Part shown: positions 48,886-62,381 of the stretch, piece after piece
Layout: every line of letters begins with the position of its first letter
How positions within the stretch are numbered: the stretch's first letter is position 1
Program-made: the position numbers and the translations under genes
Source of the DNA: Daphnia carinata
Lineage: Eukaryota
NCBI RefSeq assembly: GCF_022539665.2
Contig: NC_081331.1
Span: 10,044,001 to 10,108,000, forward strand
DNA: 64,000 nucleotides
Direction: 5' to 3'
Notes under the pieces: generated by a model
Seen by the model: the letters and a program-made list of their open reading frames with translations, nothing else
Told to the model about the DNA's origin: nothing
Database searches by the model: none

Positions 48886-50542
48886 AAAAACACACAAAAA
48901 AAAATTAAATAAGACAAACGAAAAAGAGTTACCCACGCGTCAGATACAGCACAGCGTTCGCTTCCGTGTTAATTTGTTGTCTTCCCCAAACTTTAGTTAT
49001 CGGCAGTACTGCGCTTAACCGCTACCAGAAAGAAACTCGTTTTTGTCAATATCTCCGAATTATTGTGGTCTTTTATGGCCTGCTGTTACCCGTCTTCTCC
49101 TTGAATCATAATGTTTTCATACGTATTTCCTCTTCGATGTCGGCTAGAGCCAATTCAGCCGCATACATAAATACGTATTCACCGATGTATTTCAATTATG
49201 TATGACTCGGGCCTGCATCTTAAAACCAGCACACAAACGACCATGAAACGCTTTCCGTGATGTTGCTAATTCAAAGTTATGGTGAATATATCGAGTTAAA
49301 TACCAAGTATATCTTGAAGGATGAATACCTATTCTGGCCAACTGGATTACACACTTTGCCGTCCTTCAGTTTATCATTTATTCTATGCTGAGACGTTTGC
49401 GACTACGTCCGAAACTCAGACAAACGCAAATTGCTTTCCAAGTTTCACATAGACCATGCCCGCCTAATGAATTTTGAAACAAACATTAATGAATCTAGTA
49501 CTGGCAAGAAAACCGGTTATTAAATGATCGATAACGATCCAAACACAGAGTATCTAAGAACATTCGCGTTGAATACTCAAGGGGATAAATTACAGAGAAT
49601 TAAAAAAGCTACAAACACTCTTAGGATATGACGTCGACTGCTGACGAAAACATGGTTTCTCCAAAAATCTTGACTTGTATTATGGAATTATAGCTACAAA
49701 TTTCACATACTAGAGGGTCATGTTAGAAACAAATAGAATGTCACTTACTGTACCCCAATTTTTCTCTTCGATGCTACTTCACTTTCTGTCAACTCATTCA
49801 GCCATTCAACATAGATTGGTAGATTCATCTAGCTTTCACAAAACAAATTGACATGCCAATGGGTAACGACAATATTGGTAACTTAGCAAAATTTTAAGTG
49901 GTACAGGAGTGACAAGGGCAAGCTTTCGGTGTCCTCTTCCCAGCAGAAGACACTATGTACACGTATAGTAGCGTAATCGATACGGCACTTGCAACATGGA
50001 CTCGTGAATGGCACTCGACGTGATCAGGGTTGGAATCGTTTCGTAGGCTCTTCTTTTTTACAGTAACATCAGACCCAGAATCCATTCCCAAAGCGACACC
50101 TGAGCAAGGAAGCTACCGTACTTCCTTTGCTATCCCGAATAGAAAGCTTTTCGTTGTCGGCAGATTGCTGATAGCAGTTCATGTAATTTCTTCTAAATAA
50201 AGGCCATCGAAGTGGATAAAGAAAAGAGACAGATCCCGGAACAGCAGTGCAGCATCTCCTTTGCGTGGGAAGCGTGAGCATCAAAACAGCTTTGAATCAA
50301 AGGGCTGAAGCTAGTTCCATTCGAAAGACTTAGCAACAACTTTTGGACAACGTACCATGACTGGCTTTCGAGCATTTATTTTCATTTTTTTACTCGTGAG
50401 TTAATATTTCAGCGTCGATAGTAATAAAAAATAGCTGAGTTTGACACATACTTTAGTTTAGCTCTTTATTTCAGACACTGAGGAACAACTTTTTTCTACG
50501 TAGTATTATAGTCATTTACAGGGAGACTTCGACTGGCTTGGT

Positions 50543-51365
50543 TTACTTCTTGTTCTTAAGTTCAGGACCCCAGTTTAGATAGAATGCACCAGTTTGAACA
50601 CCCTGTAAGAAAAGACAGATTAATGACCTCTAATTCTACCATAAGCCCAGTATGTCTATATAACTGCATGTCACTTGTCTGCTTACAGGTGACTCACATT
50701 TTTTAATAGCTAAAATTTTGTTTAGTATTTCACAACTTTAATTTCAATAAATATATAAATACAATAGTAGTACTACTTAGATTTGGTGTTTTCAAATGTT
50801 CTTGAAAAATTAGCAAATACAAGGACCTCTAATGGATATGACATGCTTTAACAGATGTTGATAAGAATTATGAGCTGGCTTAGCTAATGTGTGTGCATCT
50901 TGCAAAGCACTACCATTGTAGCTTCAAAATTTATTCCTCATATAGTAAAGTAAGAATTTAAAATTATAAATAAATAGCTTACAGCCAAAATTGTGGCAAA
51001 GGCAAGTGCTACTCCAGCTGCTAAATGTAAATTGTAGGCTCGTTGCTTTGCAGCATAATGCTCAGCCCATGGTCCACTAGGTACTGGCATCTCATTTAAA
51101 GTTGCTGTTTTAATCGATGAAACATATGAGCCATTACGGGTTTGCTGCGTCGTCAATCGGCCTAAAAATATATTCATTCACACAAAGTAATGGGTTTAAC
51201 ATTGCTTTCATAGAAAACCATAGTAAGGTGAACAATGCAGTAAAAGCTCACTAAATGCACTCTACATTTCCAGACATATACTTCTTTAAAATTTAATAAT
51301 AATATATATAAATAATATAATATCTTCTTACCGGTTTGGGTGATAAGTTTGGCGAATTGGCGCAT
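50543..51365 (-). CDS. Small mitochondrial protein, Deltameth_res/prag01 family (arthropod COX7B-like), 3 exons
   Basis: Spliced MRQFAKLITQTG-RLTTQQTRNGSY...LNEMPVPSGPWAEHYAAKQRAYNLHLAAGVALAFATILA-GVQTGAFYLNWGPELKNKK*. Basic presequence, (D/E)(L/M)PVP.G.W motif and a TM helix. Confidence 0.75.
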
Positions 51366-53022
51366 TTTTGGACAAGATAGTCGACCGAGAAAATCAAGTC
51401 ACGTAGTGAAATCTAAGAATTCTTAGTCGCGACTGCTGCTTCTTGGCAACGGGCCAAAAGATAACAATGTTGCCGGATCGACGATTTTTTTAATGCGCAG
51501 CTCTTGAAATTTTAGGATTTCATTTCTTTGAACAGGTAAAGTGGTAAACATCCTGATATCTTGATAAGATCGAAGTACGCTTTTACTCGGTTGGCTATAA
51601 TAATACATCTTTAATTACACATCTCTCTCTGTGTACTGTACGTACATAACAAATATATTTGAGTTAATAGGGAGTAGACATTAGAAATTACATATTACCC
51701 ATGAAAAGAAAAACACCTAACTGCATATGGATTAGTTGCATCGATTTTGCGTCCTCAAAAATGTAACGAAACTGTATTTCAAGCAATTATCATGCAGCAA
51801 CATGATGTGCTTACAGAACAATCGAAAAAAGTGCTTTTAACAGTTGCTTTCAAAATTTTATTCAGTTCCCAATACGCAGCAATTCAAAGCAGGTTTATGT
51901 CAACTGCACGTCATCCCTAACGAAACGGAATGGATTGTTACGTCCGCGAGTTATTGCCAAACGAGTGATGTTCTGGAACCTACAGTTTGTTATAAATTGC
52001 CAACGGCTTATGTTTGGCACGAGAGTTCCCTCATGGGATAACCGGAAGACTGAAAAAAAAGAAATTCTCGCTTTAAGAAAGTTCATTCGGTATTGTTACT
52101 TGAAAGAGCTTGTTCTCTCAACTTTCTGGAACGGTTCAAAGTCGCTGTCATTGTCACGACATTTCTTGATGATGAACCAACATGCAGTGACGTCAATGCA
52201 AACTAAACATCTATGTTTTGAAAAGTTATTCACGAAAGACAACAACTAAAAGTGTCAATTCAAATCGCATGAAAAACCGTTTCTAGTTTCACACGAGCTG
52301 TCAGACTGAAACCGTAACATCTATTTTATGGTGTCATACATGTGTAATCTTTTCTCTATATATCAGGAAACTCTTGATAAAATTTGTACAAAACCATTTT
52401 CGTATTTAAGGGTGACCTAACCGTAAAAAGTTAACGTAAACTATGAAATCTTTTATTGAATCCTGAAGAGGGGAATCGATCGATGATGCTTGTTATGAAG
52501 ATCATATCATTTACCAGTAACTTTTGGAACTGAACTCCCTTTTTTTTGTCAATAATGCTTTACAAAATCAGGACAAGAGAAAAGATAAGGTCAAACCTAT
52601 TCGACATCTTTACAAATGAGAGGATCATTTAAACAGAGATTGATCACAAAAGGAACACTTTTATTCAATTTCAAGTGTGTCACCAAATATGATTCTTTTT
52701 CAATAAAAAAAGATCTTTTTGGTTGTTAGTAAGAAAAGGTTTGTGTTGCTCGGGCCAACGAAAGAAACCGATTCAACGGTTCCACCCATTCGTCACGGGA
52801 GATGTGCAGGTGTTAGTCAAAATGGGTGTATGATGTCTTACAAAGGACACGTTGCTACATGTACAGCTAAGAAACAAAAATTTCATCTTGTTTTTGCATT
52901 AGACGAAGCTGGCAGGGAAGTAGGAGAGTCTTCTGTGAACCGATAAGGAGGTGAGACAAGAGGAATAACATCTTTCTGTAGTCATTTCTAGGTAAACGAA
53001 CAGAAAAGAAAAGTCCTGGTGA

Positions 53023-56000
53023 CTAATTGGTAACAGTTTGTTGACGAGAGTTGGGAACGGAGCCAACTTTTGATTTAAGTTGGCTGACAAGGTCGAAGAT
53101 CTTGACCGACGGTCCCAATTTCATGTTTGTCAGCTTTAACACCTGGTCTTTGCTCAGTGATAGAAGTCCGGGGCCGTCCACCGACTGTGAAAAGAAAAAA
53201 CAAAATAGGTTAAGCTTGCACGAGGTACAGCATGTTAACCAAATCTATGAGAAATAAAAGAATAATCACCGCTTTGGTAAATGTATCGCAGTAGGCAGTG
53301 CAGTCATTGATTCTCAAGAATTGAGCCACATCTTCAGAATTCCATTCAAGAGGAGCGATACCGGAAAGAGCTTCTCGTCGATTAGCTGCGGAAACGTCAA
53401 TAAGTCTAGGAATCCGTTTTCCACTGCCATCTTTAGATTCTCCTGTTGAGCCATTTTCTTGGACTTTTTGGACAATTGCTGAGGATGACGGCACCGAACC
53501 GGACTTCCAAGACTCATTCGTGGGACTACCGAAACTCGAATTGCTAATATCTGCATCTTCGGTATCTGTTTTCCGTCTGCTTGACCGTTGGTACTGGTTT
53601 TGAATGGCAGTAGGGGCTTCATCAGCCGGTGAGGGACAATTTTGATTTTGGCCACCACGAGAACGTAGACTCCTTGGACTTTCCTGAGATTTTTTTATCG
53701 ATGCGGGAACAAGTTTTGCGGCTTTGCCGCGAAGAGGCTTGGAAGAATCCGTGGATGGTGACCTTTCTCTTTTAGTGACGCCGAGAGAAGGTGTAGTCGA
53801 ACTCGGAGGTCTACCACTGTGTCGTCCACCTCCTCTCGATTTCCCTCTTCCACCTCTTCCTGGTTTCCTGCCTTTCTTGGCGACTGGTGCCACAACTGTA
53901 TCATATTATAAACAAATAAATTTGGAATCATAAAAACAAATATTTAGGAAAAATTTATGAAATGTTTACCAGGTGCAATGGGTGTTTCAAGGCGGTAGCC
54001 GGCCAACTCACACCAACCAACTGGATAGATCTCGGCCGAAGACACATCCATCCATTGATCAAAGTCATCACTCCAACCGTCAAAGTGAATTCTAACGAGC
54101 CTGCCCGCAACTTGTGCAAACGTAGCAACACAGACTAAACGTGGATCCATCAAATCGGCCGCCTCGACTCTCATGCCAACACGTATCTGTGGCAAGCTCT
54201 CGTCTCGACTGACAAAAAGGGATTCTGGTGCAGCAGTAGCTTTGGTTTGGCGTAAGTAATCACCCCAGCGAAAACGTCCTTCGTAATTCTCTGGCGGTTT
54301 TAAGGCGATGGCGTTGGTTTCGCAAAATCCAGGCGGTGCGATACAAGCGGAACTCGAATGGTAACAGAATACGCCGGGGTCATCAATCTGGTCACCATTG
54401 GCATCAAACTCTTGTCGATCAATGCGAACCATCAAGTATCCATGCCGCAAGACTTTGACCACAGTTGCAACACAAATGTTATCCAAGTTGAGTGGATCAA
54501 CCGCCTCTAACTTCATGCCTTCTTTAAATTTATGAGTTCCATTGCCAGATGTCTGTTTCATCTCGTTGAATAATTCGGGTGTGGCATCATTGGGCAAATA
54601 CGCCTTTCTGGCACATCGTTCAAGGTAACTTGGCAAGGCATCGATGTGATGTCCGACTGTATAAGCCCAGCCAACTGGATGGATTAGACTGGATTCTTCA
54701 TGACAGCAAAACCCCATTTCGTCCGGAACCGAGCCTTCGTAACGGAGGAACAGCCGACGACCAACAATCATGTCAATGACAGCTACTTTGATCTACGTAG
54801 AAATTTCCTCAGTTAAGGAGTTGACATGACAATAGGGTTCACAATTTATTTACGCTAGACAGGCGATTGCGATCTATGAGTTCGACAGTCATTCCTACTC
54901 GGAAACGCGACCTACAAGCCTCAAGCACTCGAACGTGAAATTGGTTAGGCAATGAACGGGCACCTGTCAATCGTTTAACCAAGAATTCTCGCCATTCGGT
55001 GTATTTGTCCTAAAGAAATGATAATTTTTTAGTCAACTGAATAGCACGAAAAATTGAATATGTTAAACTACCTGGATCGTACGTGGTGGAATGAGCGGCT
55101 TGCCTTTAGAAGCACACCAACCAACTGGATGCACGTCTTCGGCTGCAAGATTGACCCAAAAATCTTTCGAATCGTCGGTGCCAAAACCTTCATAGCGAAG
55201 TAGGGCTTTGTAACCCATCAAACTAATGACAGATGCCACCCAATATGATTGTGGATCATTACTGCCCGTAGACTGTCGGGTATCTGTGTTTTCAACCTCG
55301 ACCTGAAAATTGAGGTGCAATCCTCCAGTCTTGTTAATCACGCTTATTCAGTCATATTTCGTCCATTTCATTTGAATTACCTTCATGCCAACGCTAACAT
55401 CTGAAGACCAGGTATCACATAATGGAGAATGACGGAAGCAGGCGATGGGTGGTGTCACGAAACCCGGCTCCGTAAGCATTTCTACCCAATCGAATCCATA
55501 TCTAAGAGAAAGACATAAAATATTAAATACTTTTTGTCTAATCCGAAGCAGAACGTGATAATGTCCGACTGACTTGTCTTTGTCCGGTCCAGCTGTTTCT
55601 TTGGCCAGCAACAATCGCTTTTTGTTTGAATATACATGAATGTCTTCAGTTGGTTGGCCCAACTTTCTGTTGGTCGGTTGCTGGCCGGGTAGCAGATTGA
55701 AACGTTTTTCTAGAAAAGGGAAAGATTTGAGTTGTTTCGGCAGTTTCATAATCAATTTCAAAATCTCTCTACGAGATGAGCCAAAGACGTTACCTGAATT
55801 GGTAGAACTCATGTGCGGGCTTTCGTTGAAACTTTTAGCACACGCTTGACTACAAAATCTTCTCTCCTTAGTGTAGAACGAATGTTTAACGCCGATTGCT
55901 CCGCACTTTTCACAAACTGCCATTCCCTCTTTACGGATTGGGATCATATCCAGGTCCGAGTCCTTTTGAAAGGCTATAGGTGTCTTGAGAACTAGGCCAT

Positions 56001-56285
56001 CAACAGGCTTAATTTTTCTATGAAAACAACATTTTTTATTATTATTGCCTCAATTACGAATAAAAGTTCAAAGTTACTTAGAGCCAGGATGATTGGCATC
56101 TTCCCCGTCAGAATCTTCATAATGTGAATGGGAGACCAGAAGAAATTCAGCCGATTTGGTTGACCTAAAAAGTTTGGTTATTAACAGTGGCATATAAAAC
56201 AGACATGGACAAACATGCCTACTCACTCGTCTAAACTGGTGGTCTGTTTGACAACTTTACTGACACCATTAGACGCAAGACCCAT
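53023..56285 (-). CDS. Sfmbt: Polycomb protein Sfmbt (FCS zinc finger, 4 MBT repeats, SAM domain)
   Basis: GLVLKTPIA....D...IPIRKEGMAVCEKCGAIGVKHSFYTKERRFCS.ACA. MBT repeats (GMKVEVEN, HPVGWC, GMKLEAVDPLNL..ICVATV, GMRVEAADLMDPRLVCVAT..V.GRL.RIHFDGW). SAM: WNSEDVAQFLRINDC..YCD.F...VDG..LL.LSK..LGPS.KI. Exact start uncertain. Confidence 0.92.
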
Positions 56286-58152
56286 TCCCACTTTGAAACA
56301 ACAGAAAGCTCATCTCAAGATCTTGGTTGAATGTGTGAATAGTTTTCTTGTTGAATAAAATTTTATTTGTTTTTCTTTTTTTCAAATTCAAAGATGTGAG
56401 TAAATAGTCAAATAGTAGATGTCCAAATTCTAAAATAAACTTAATTGCAGAGCTAAGGCTCTGTAAAATTCTTGTCAAATGACTAGCAGTTACTACGAAA
56501 CGTATTTTTTGGCGCGTTCCCAGGGCCGCTAAACGAAACGGGCAATTTTGAATTACTAATCACCAACCGCCAACGGTCAAATACTAGGAAGTAGATACAG
56601 CCACCGACTTTCCAATATACTATACTCTTTCTACTGAAAATGGCGACAAACCAAGACGCTTTCTTTAGGACAGAGCACAACTGTAACAGGCAATGAAGCT
56701 GGACACAATTTGGAAGCTCAAATTGCAAACAAAGTATTTTTTAGTTTTTTGTCTTTTTTTTGTTGGTGACGGCCCAAAATTGGAATCACAACAATTACAA
56801 CGAGTCAAATTGGCCAATGCGTTGGCGTCCATAGAGGCACTAGTCGTACCTTAATTTCGATGTGTCAAATGGCCAGTTCTTAAAGACCACGGGGCGTGAC
56901 AAGTGGCTGTGACTGAACAGCGAATTTATTTACCTGTCCAACTAAGGATTGCTGACGCAGATGGCTTGGTCCCTCGAGAAAAACAAACGAAAACCACCCC
57001 TTCAATTAAATATCTCTACAGAAAAAAGACCGGAAACCCAACACAACAAGAGAGGGGAGGTCGATAATCAATTTCCCCCCTACAAAAAAATACCAGGGTT
57101 GCCACTATTTTTTAATTTAAATTATTTCCAATAGAAATCTTCGAGTTGATCTACAAGTTGTTGAAAGAGAAGCATTCAGTTTTCATTTTACTTTTCCCAC
57201 CAGAAACCGGGAAACCTTAGAGGAAAGCAACTCAAAACCTTTGGTTTCGAGAGGTTGAACTTGCTCTTTGAATAATTACTTTCTGTGTTGAAGGAAAAGG
57301 GAAACAAAAGTTCAAATCGACCGCAAAAACGGAGAACGTTATTTTCCCCCTCCTTAATAACCAAGAAAGTACTAAGCTACAACAATTTCTTATATTTTGC
57401 GGAGCTTTTTCTTTTTGATGCAATTCGGGCTTTTGTCATCTACGAGCAACCCCGTTGGAGGGAATAAAAAAAAGGGAACTACTGCAACTATAACGGGGTT
57501 TCTCGTGAACGACGCGATCGAGTGGATTGCGGTTTTTTACGTTATTATTTGCTGTTCTGTTGCCACTACGTCAACCTTGCAACGCGACTGACAAATCCAC
57601 AATACTTTTGTACGGTTGTCATTCGTTAATGTCACTGAAAAACTTGACAGAATTGACATGAACACGTCGAATCTTTTGCAATTTGAAATGCCTTTGTTCT
57701 TGTATCCGTTTGACATTCGCGATTGTCCCAAAAGATTTGCCAACGGTCCGTTACAATTTGTTTGTATGGAACCATTGATTGTGTGAATGGCAGCGTCTTG
57801 ATTGATAAAAGTTTACTAGCGTGTAACACTCTGTATATCTTTGGGTCAAACGTGTACAAGTGCATTACAGTAAAGACGACGCATTTTACTCTCACAAGGG
57901 AATGCCCTTTGTTTAAAAAAAAAAAAAAAAGAATTAAATAAGCCTGTCACAGTTTTTTTTTTGGGGGGGGGGGGAGAAAAGAAAAACGTGATTTTTATTA
58001 TTACAAACGGCAACGGGATTTTGACTTTGGGGTGTTCATTTTGTAATGAGGATCCGCGGTCACGATTCACCCGAAGCTCTCGTCTTTCATTCGGTTTCCC
58101 CCGGCTCTCTCTTACGAAATATGCTTGTGTGAAAATGTCGTGAATGCCGACG

Positions 58153-58183
<31 letters not shown>

Positions 58184-59612
58184 ACGCGTGTTATTATCTC
58201 TCATAATAGCAGAACTCTATAGCTGTACAAGAAATATAACCTTACGACTCAACAGCAGTTTTGAATAGGCTTGCAAAAGTTTGTTGGATTTATTTTTGTC
58301 TGCTATTATTTTCCTTGAAGCTTGGACGCCGCTAGGGTGTATAGTTACATATGACTAGACCCGTTATAAGTGATTCGAGAACCGCTCGCCGGTCATCTAG
58401 TGAAATATATAAGTATACATTCATAACTAAAAGAAACAAAAAAAAAAAAAATGCTTTTGACGTCGACCAATTCAAAAGGGAAAAATGTTGCAAGTAGACT
58501 GCAAATAGACGTGCGAAGCTGGAGAAAATTCAGGTTTATAATTTTCAGACATGCAAATGAACAACAATGATGAATAAAATGCATGCAATTGCCGTACATA
58601 ATTAAAGACGCGACACGTTATAAAAAAATATCGTCACTTCTCTTCGCGTCTTTTTCTTTTCGTTCATTTGTTTTGCTTATGTTTTACCGAATTGAATACA
58701 ATATAAACGAAAATATATGCAGGGAAATGAGAAAACGAAACACTTCAAAAAAAAAAAATTTGTATAGAGAATTAAATAGAGAACAAGCATAATTGTTTTT
58801 GTTTTTCACCGTCGTACATCGAACTGGGTTGTGAGTGCGTGTGTTGCTTATATACGTGAATGTGTGGGGATCATGGTATCAGTATTACAGCACTATATAT
58901 AATATTTTGAAATCTATATTTATGTATAGGTGTGTGTATATATATATAAAGATTATGAAAGTAGCATCGATTCATTATTCATGATTTTTTTTCTTCTCTC
59001 CCTTTCTTTTCTTCTTCTAACGTTCGAGTTGGTTGAACAAATCTTTGGGACATTTGGGGGATGGGTAGAAATGCATACAGATTATCGGGAATAACGTCAC
59101 GTTGTTCCCTAGTAAAATGTGAGGAAACCAGAAGGGCACAAACGCAAAAACAACACAAAAAAACGCATATGCAAATAATGCAATCACCTGTTGAGAGAAA
59201 CGTGAAAGAAAAAAAAAGGCACTTTCCACAAATATTTCTTTTGAAAACAAATTAGATAGAAACATGGGACGGAAAGGTTTGAACTCGATGAGAATCATAC
59301 AACAAAAACACCAAACAAAACAATCATGATCAATAAAAAATAATATATGGTATAAATATGTACACACACAGCTATAAAAAGTAAAGCAATCAATGTCATT
59401 AAATATGTCTTACAAAACGACCCACGTTAAATATCTTTTTTTTTTTTTAAATGGTGTGTGAGCGCAGAAACTTGATTCGCTTACATAATCCTAACGAGGA
59501 CCGTTCCAAGTCCTTAAAACTACACGAAACCAAAGTATTCTTCCTTCTCTTCATTTTTCGTTTTCAAATGGAAGATGATAAACGCGATAAACGTGGGGGG
59601 CGTCCATTATTT

Positions 59613-62381
59613 TCAGGCCAAATCTTCTTCGCTGCGGGGAATGTCAAACATTTCGGCAAAAAGTGGAGGCAGATGGACGAGCAAACTCCAGCGACGACGA
59701 TACCAATCGAGTTGCGATTGGTGGCGGTGGCCGATGGCCCTCAGTTCGACAATCTTTTGAAGAACGGCGTTGATCAGACCCGGATCGCTGGCGTGATTCC
59801 GCAACAACTTTTGTTTAAGAAAATGAAATGAAAGAAACGAGAAAAAACATAGATGAAAAAAAAAAATGACGGATCGAAACAGTCTAAAGGAAAGTGATGT
59901 GAAAAAAAAAAAAGAACAGAGAGATGTGCACCTGTAACCGAAGGGCGTCCGTAATCCGTTCTTGATGCTGGCCAATGCCTTTAGCGTCGTTGATGACGGG
60001 CCGGTCGGGCGATAGGAGAACTGCGGCCGAGAAAAGAGCCATTTCGCTATCATTCATCGACATTTGGTTTAAGCCTTCGGCGAATCTCATGATGGCCTGG
60101 ATGAAGTCAACCTGTTGCAACAAAAGAAAAAAACGTGCGCATTTTCAAATGATATTTATCTATGAACAAGTTTTATTATAATGAAGAGTTCAATTTTTTT
60201 TTATTTACGTCGAAAATGGTGTCCATCTGTTGTTTGGACAGAGTCACACCATCGGCCAATGTTAACGTTCCTTCTTGGCTATTGATCAGCCGACTAACGT
60301 GGCCCAGCCACACTTCAAAAAATCCTATTTTGATGAGAATCAGCTGATCGTCCTGACTTAATTCCGGGAAGCCTACAATTTATAAAACAAACAAATTGAA
60401 TGAGAACCACTTGTAGATTCAAACAAACACAACATTTTTACCTGGAACACGTTTGGCGAATTCGACGACGCGCTGGATGGACGGCGTCATGTGCGTGGCC
60501 AACGCCGACCAGGTGGCTATCCGTCTGGCCTCATCCGCGCCGTTGCCTCCCGTAGGATCGTTGGCGTTCCCACCTTCGTCCATCACCTGCCGTATCCATG
60601 GGAAATATTTAGCAATTTTCTCCAAAACGAAAAGAATTTATGACTGGTAAAGATTATTATAAAAAAAAAAAAAAAAAAAGCCAGCGCCTTTACAACCCGA
60701 TAATAAATAAACCAAACGTGAATTTGAACTAAGCCTGGAAAACAAAAAAAAAAAATGGCAGCGCTGGCGTTACATCTAAAAAAAAAAAATGCGGAGAAAT
60801 TCCAATGAAATGTTTTGCTCGATTATTTCGTATGTACAGTTATGATTAGTCTACGGTAAACATTCCAACGACGGGGACGATTAGCACCGGTTAAACGGAA
60901 TTTGTCGGTTGTTTGCCTACACAAAAGTTAGAACAGCAACAAGGAAAAACAAAACAAAATACTAAAGCGGACGCAATAGGAACTACAAGACATGGATGAG
61001 GCGGGACTACGCTTACGGTATACTTTTCATATAATAGAGAAGGGAAAAAAAATTATGCCTTACGATTGGTATGGGAGTGCGGACTATGTTGCGGGTCTTT
61101 TCCTCGGTGTAGGCGCAGTGAGCGTGATGAGCTTGGGACACGGTAAGGATCGTGTCGTAAATGGCTAACTGACGGCTCTCTGGGTCTCTTTGTTGTTGAA
61201 GTTGTTGTTGTTGTTGTTGATGGAGTTGCTGTTGTTGCGACTGACTGATGCCGCCATTACTGTTGCTGTTGCTGTTGGTGCTAATTTGCATTTGCTGCTG
61301 GCCGAGACCGCAACTATCGGAACTGTCTGGTGTTGACGGATCGGCAAATCCGCCGGGACTGCGGATACCCGCTCCGCCGCTGCATTCGTCGCCGTTGGTC
61401 GATCCACCGCGGTCCCGCGATCGTTTCGGTACCCGACCATAGCGTACCGCTAAGTCATTGGGAAAAAGGAAAAAAATTTATTTATTATTTTGATCGCATT
61501 CGTTTGGCAAATGCTAGCTGTGTAAACGGCTCGAAGAAAAAAAACAAATTTTAATAATCAAAACCAATGAAATGGTTTTGTTGTTTAGGTAGAGGGAGTT
61601 TTAGCGAAATGAATAAAGAAAACCGGAATTGGATAATAAAACAAAACAAACAAAAAAAAAAGACCCAACGGTAAAAAATTCTAGGAAAACAAGAATTTGT
61701 TAGTGGGTATACTCTAGATATCTAAAGAATCAAGTTTCTTATGAAACGAGCAGTAAAAACTTCAAAAAAAAAAACAAAAAAAAAAACAACAAACAATTAA
61801 ATGAAGGAGAAACGGATGCGACGTTGCACTTACAGTCTCGCGACATGCCGACGGCCAAACATTTCTTGAAGCGACAGTACTGGCAACGGTTGCGGTTGAG
61901 CCGGATGACCAGGCATTTGCCATCGCGCAAGCACCGGTACTCGATCTGTTTCTGAATACTCCGCCGGAAGAAGCCCTATTCAAGAAAAATAACATTTATT
62001 TTTTGTTTTTGTTTTTGTTGTACCGCTATGTTTTCACGTAACAGCAAAATCAAGCAGCGTGTGTTCCAACAATTACACGTATATAGCTAATATTATTTTT
62101 CCTTGGAACACAATATTTTCAAGGTGTACGTAAAGTTGGTTTATGTATACTAAATTGGACTTGTATATTATGATCAATAATAATTATGCCAAACGTAATT
62201 TTCTTTTATTTTTTCTTGCGTTTGCGTGTTTTGGACAACTCACTTTACAGCCTTCGCACGATGTAACTCCGTAGTGGTAGCCGGAAGCTTTGTCTCCGCA
62301 GACTTTACACGGGACGAAAGATTTACTGCTTCCGGCGCCGTTAGACTCGGCCGACGACGACGACCCCAACAAACCGGGTTC
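59613..62381 (-). CDS. E78: Ecdysone-inducible nuclear receptor E78 (NR1E1), 5'-partial
   Basis: [106 protein letters not shown]....[15 protein letters not shown]...[12 protein letters not shown]. Upstream exon(s) not identified and may lie beyond the window. Confidence 0.92.

Noticed and set aside
49894..50375. Overlapping short Cys/His-rich ORFs, a possible pseudogene
   Set aside because: No coherent frame, splice pattern or recognisable domain.
56480..59600. Numerous 60-120 aa ORFs downstream of E78
   Set aside because: A/T-homopolymer-rich, low-complexity translations typical of a long 3' UTR or intergenic DNA.
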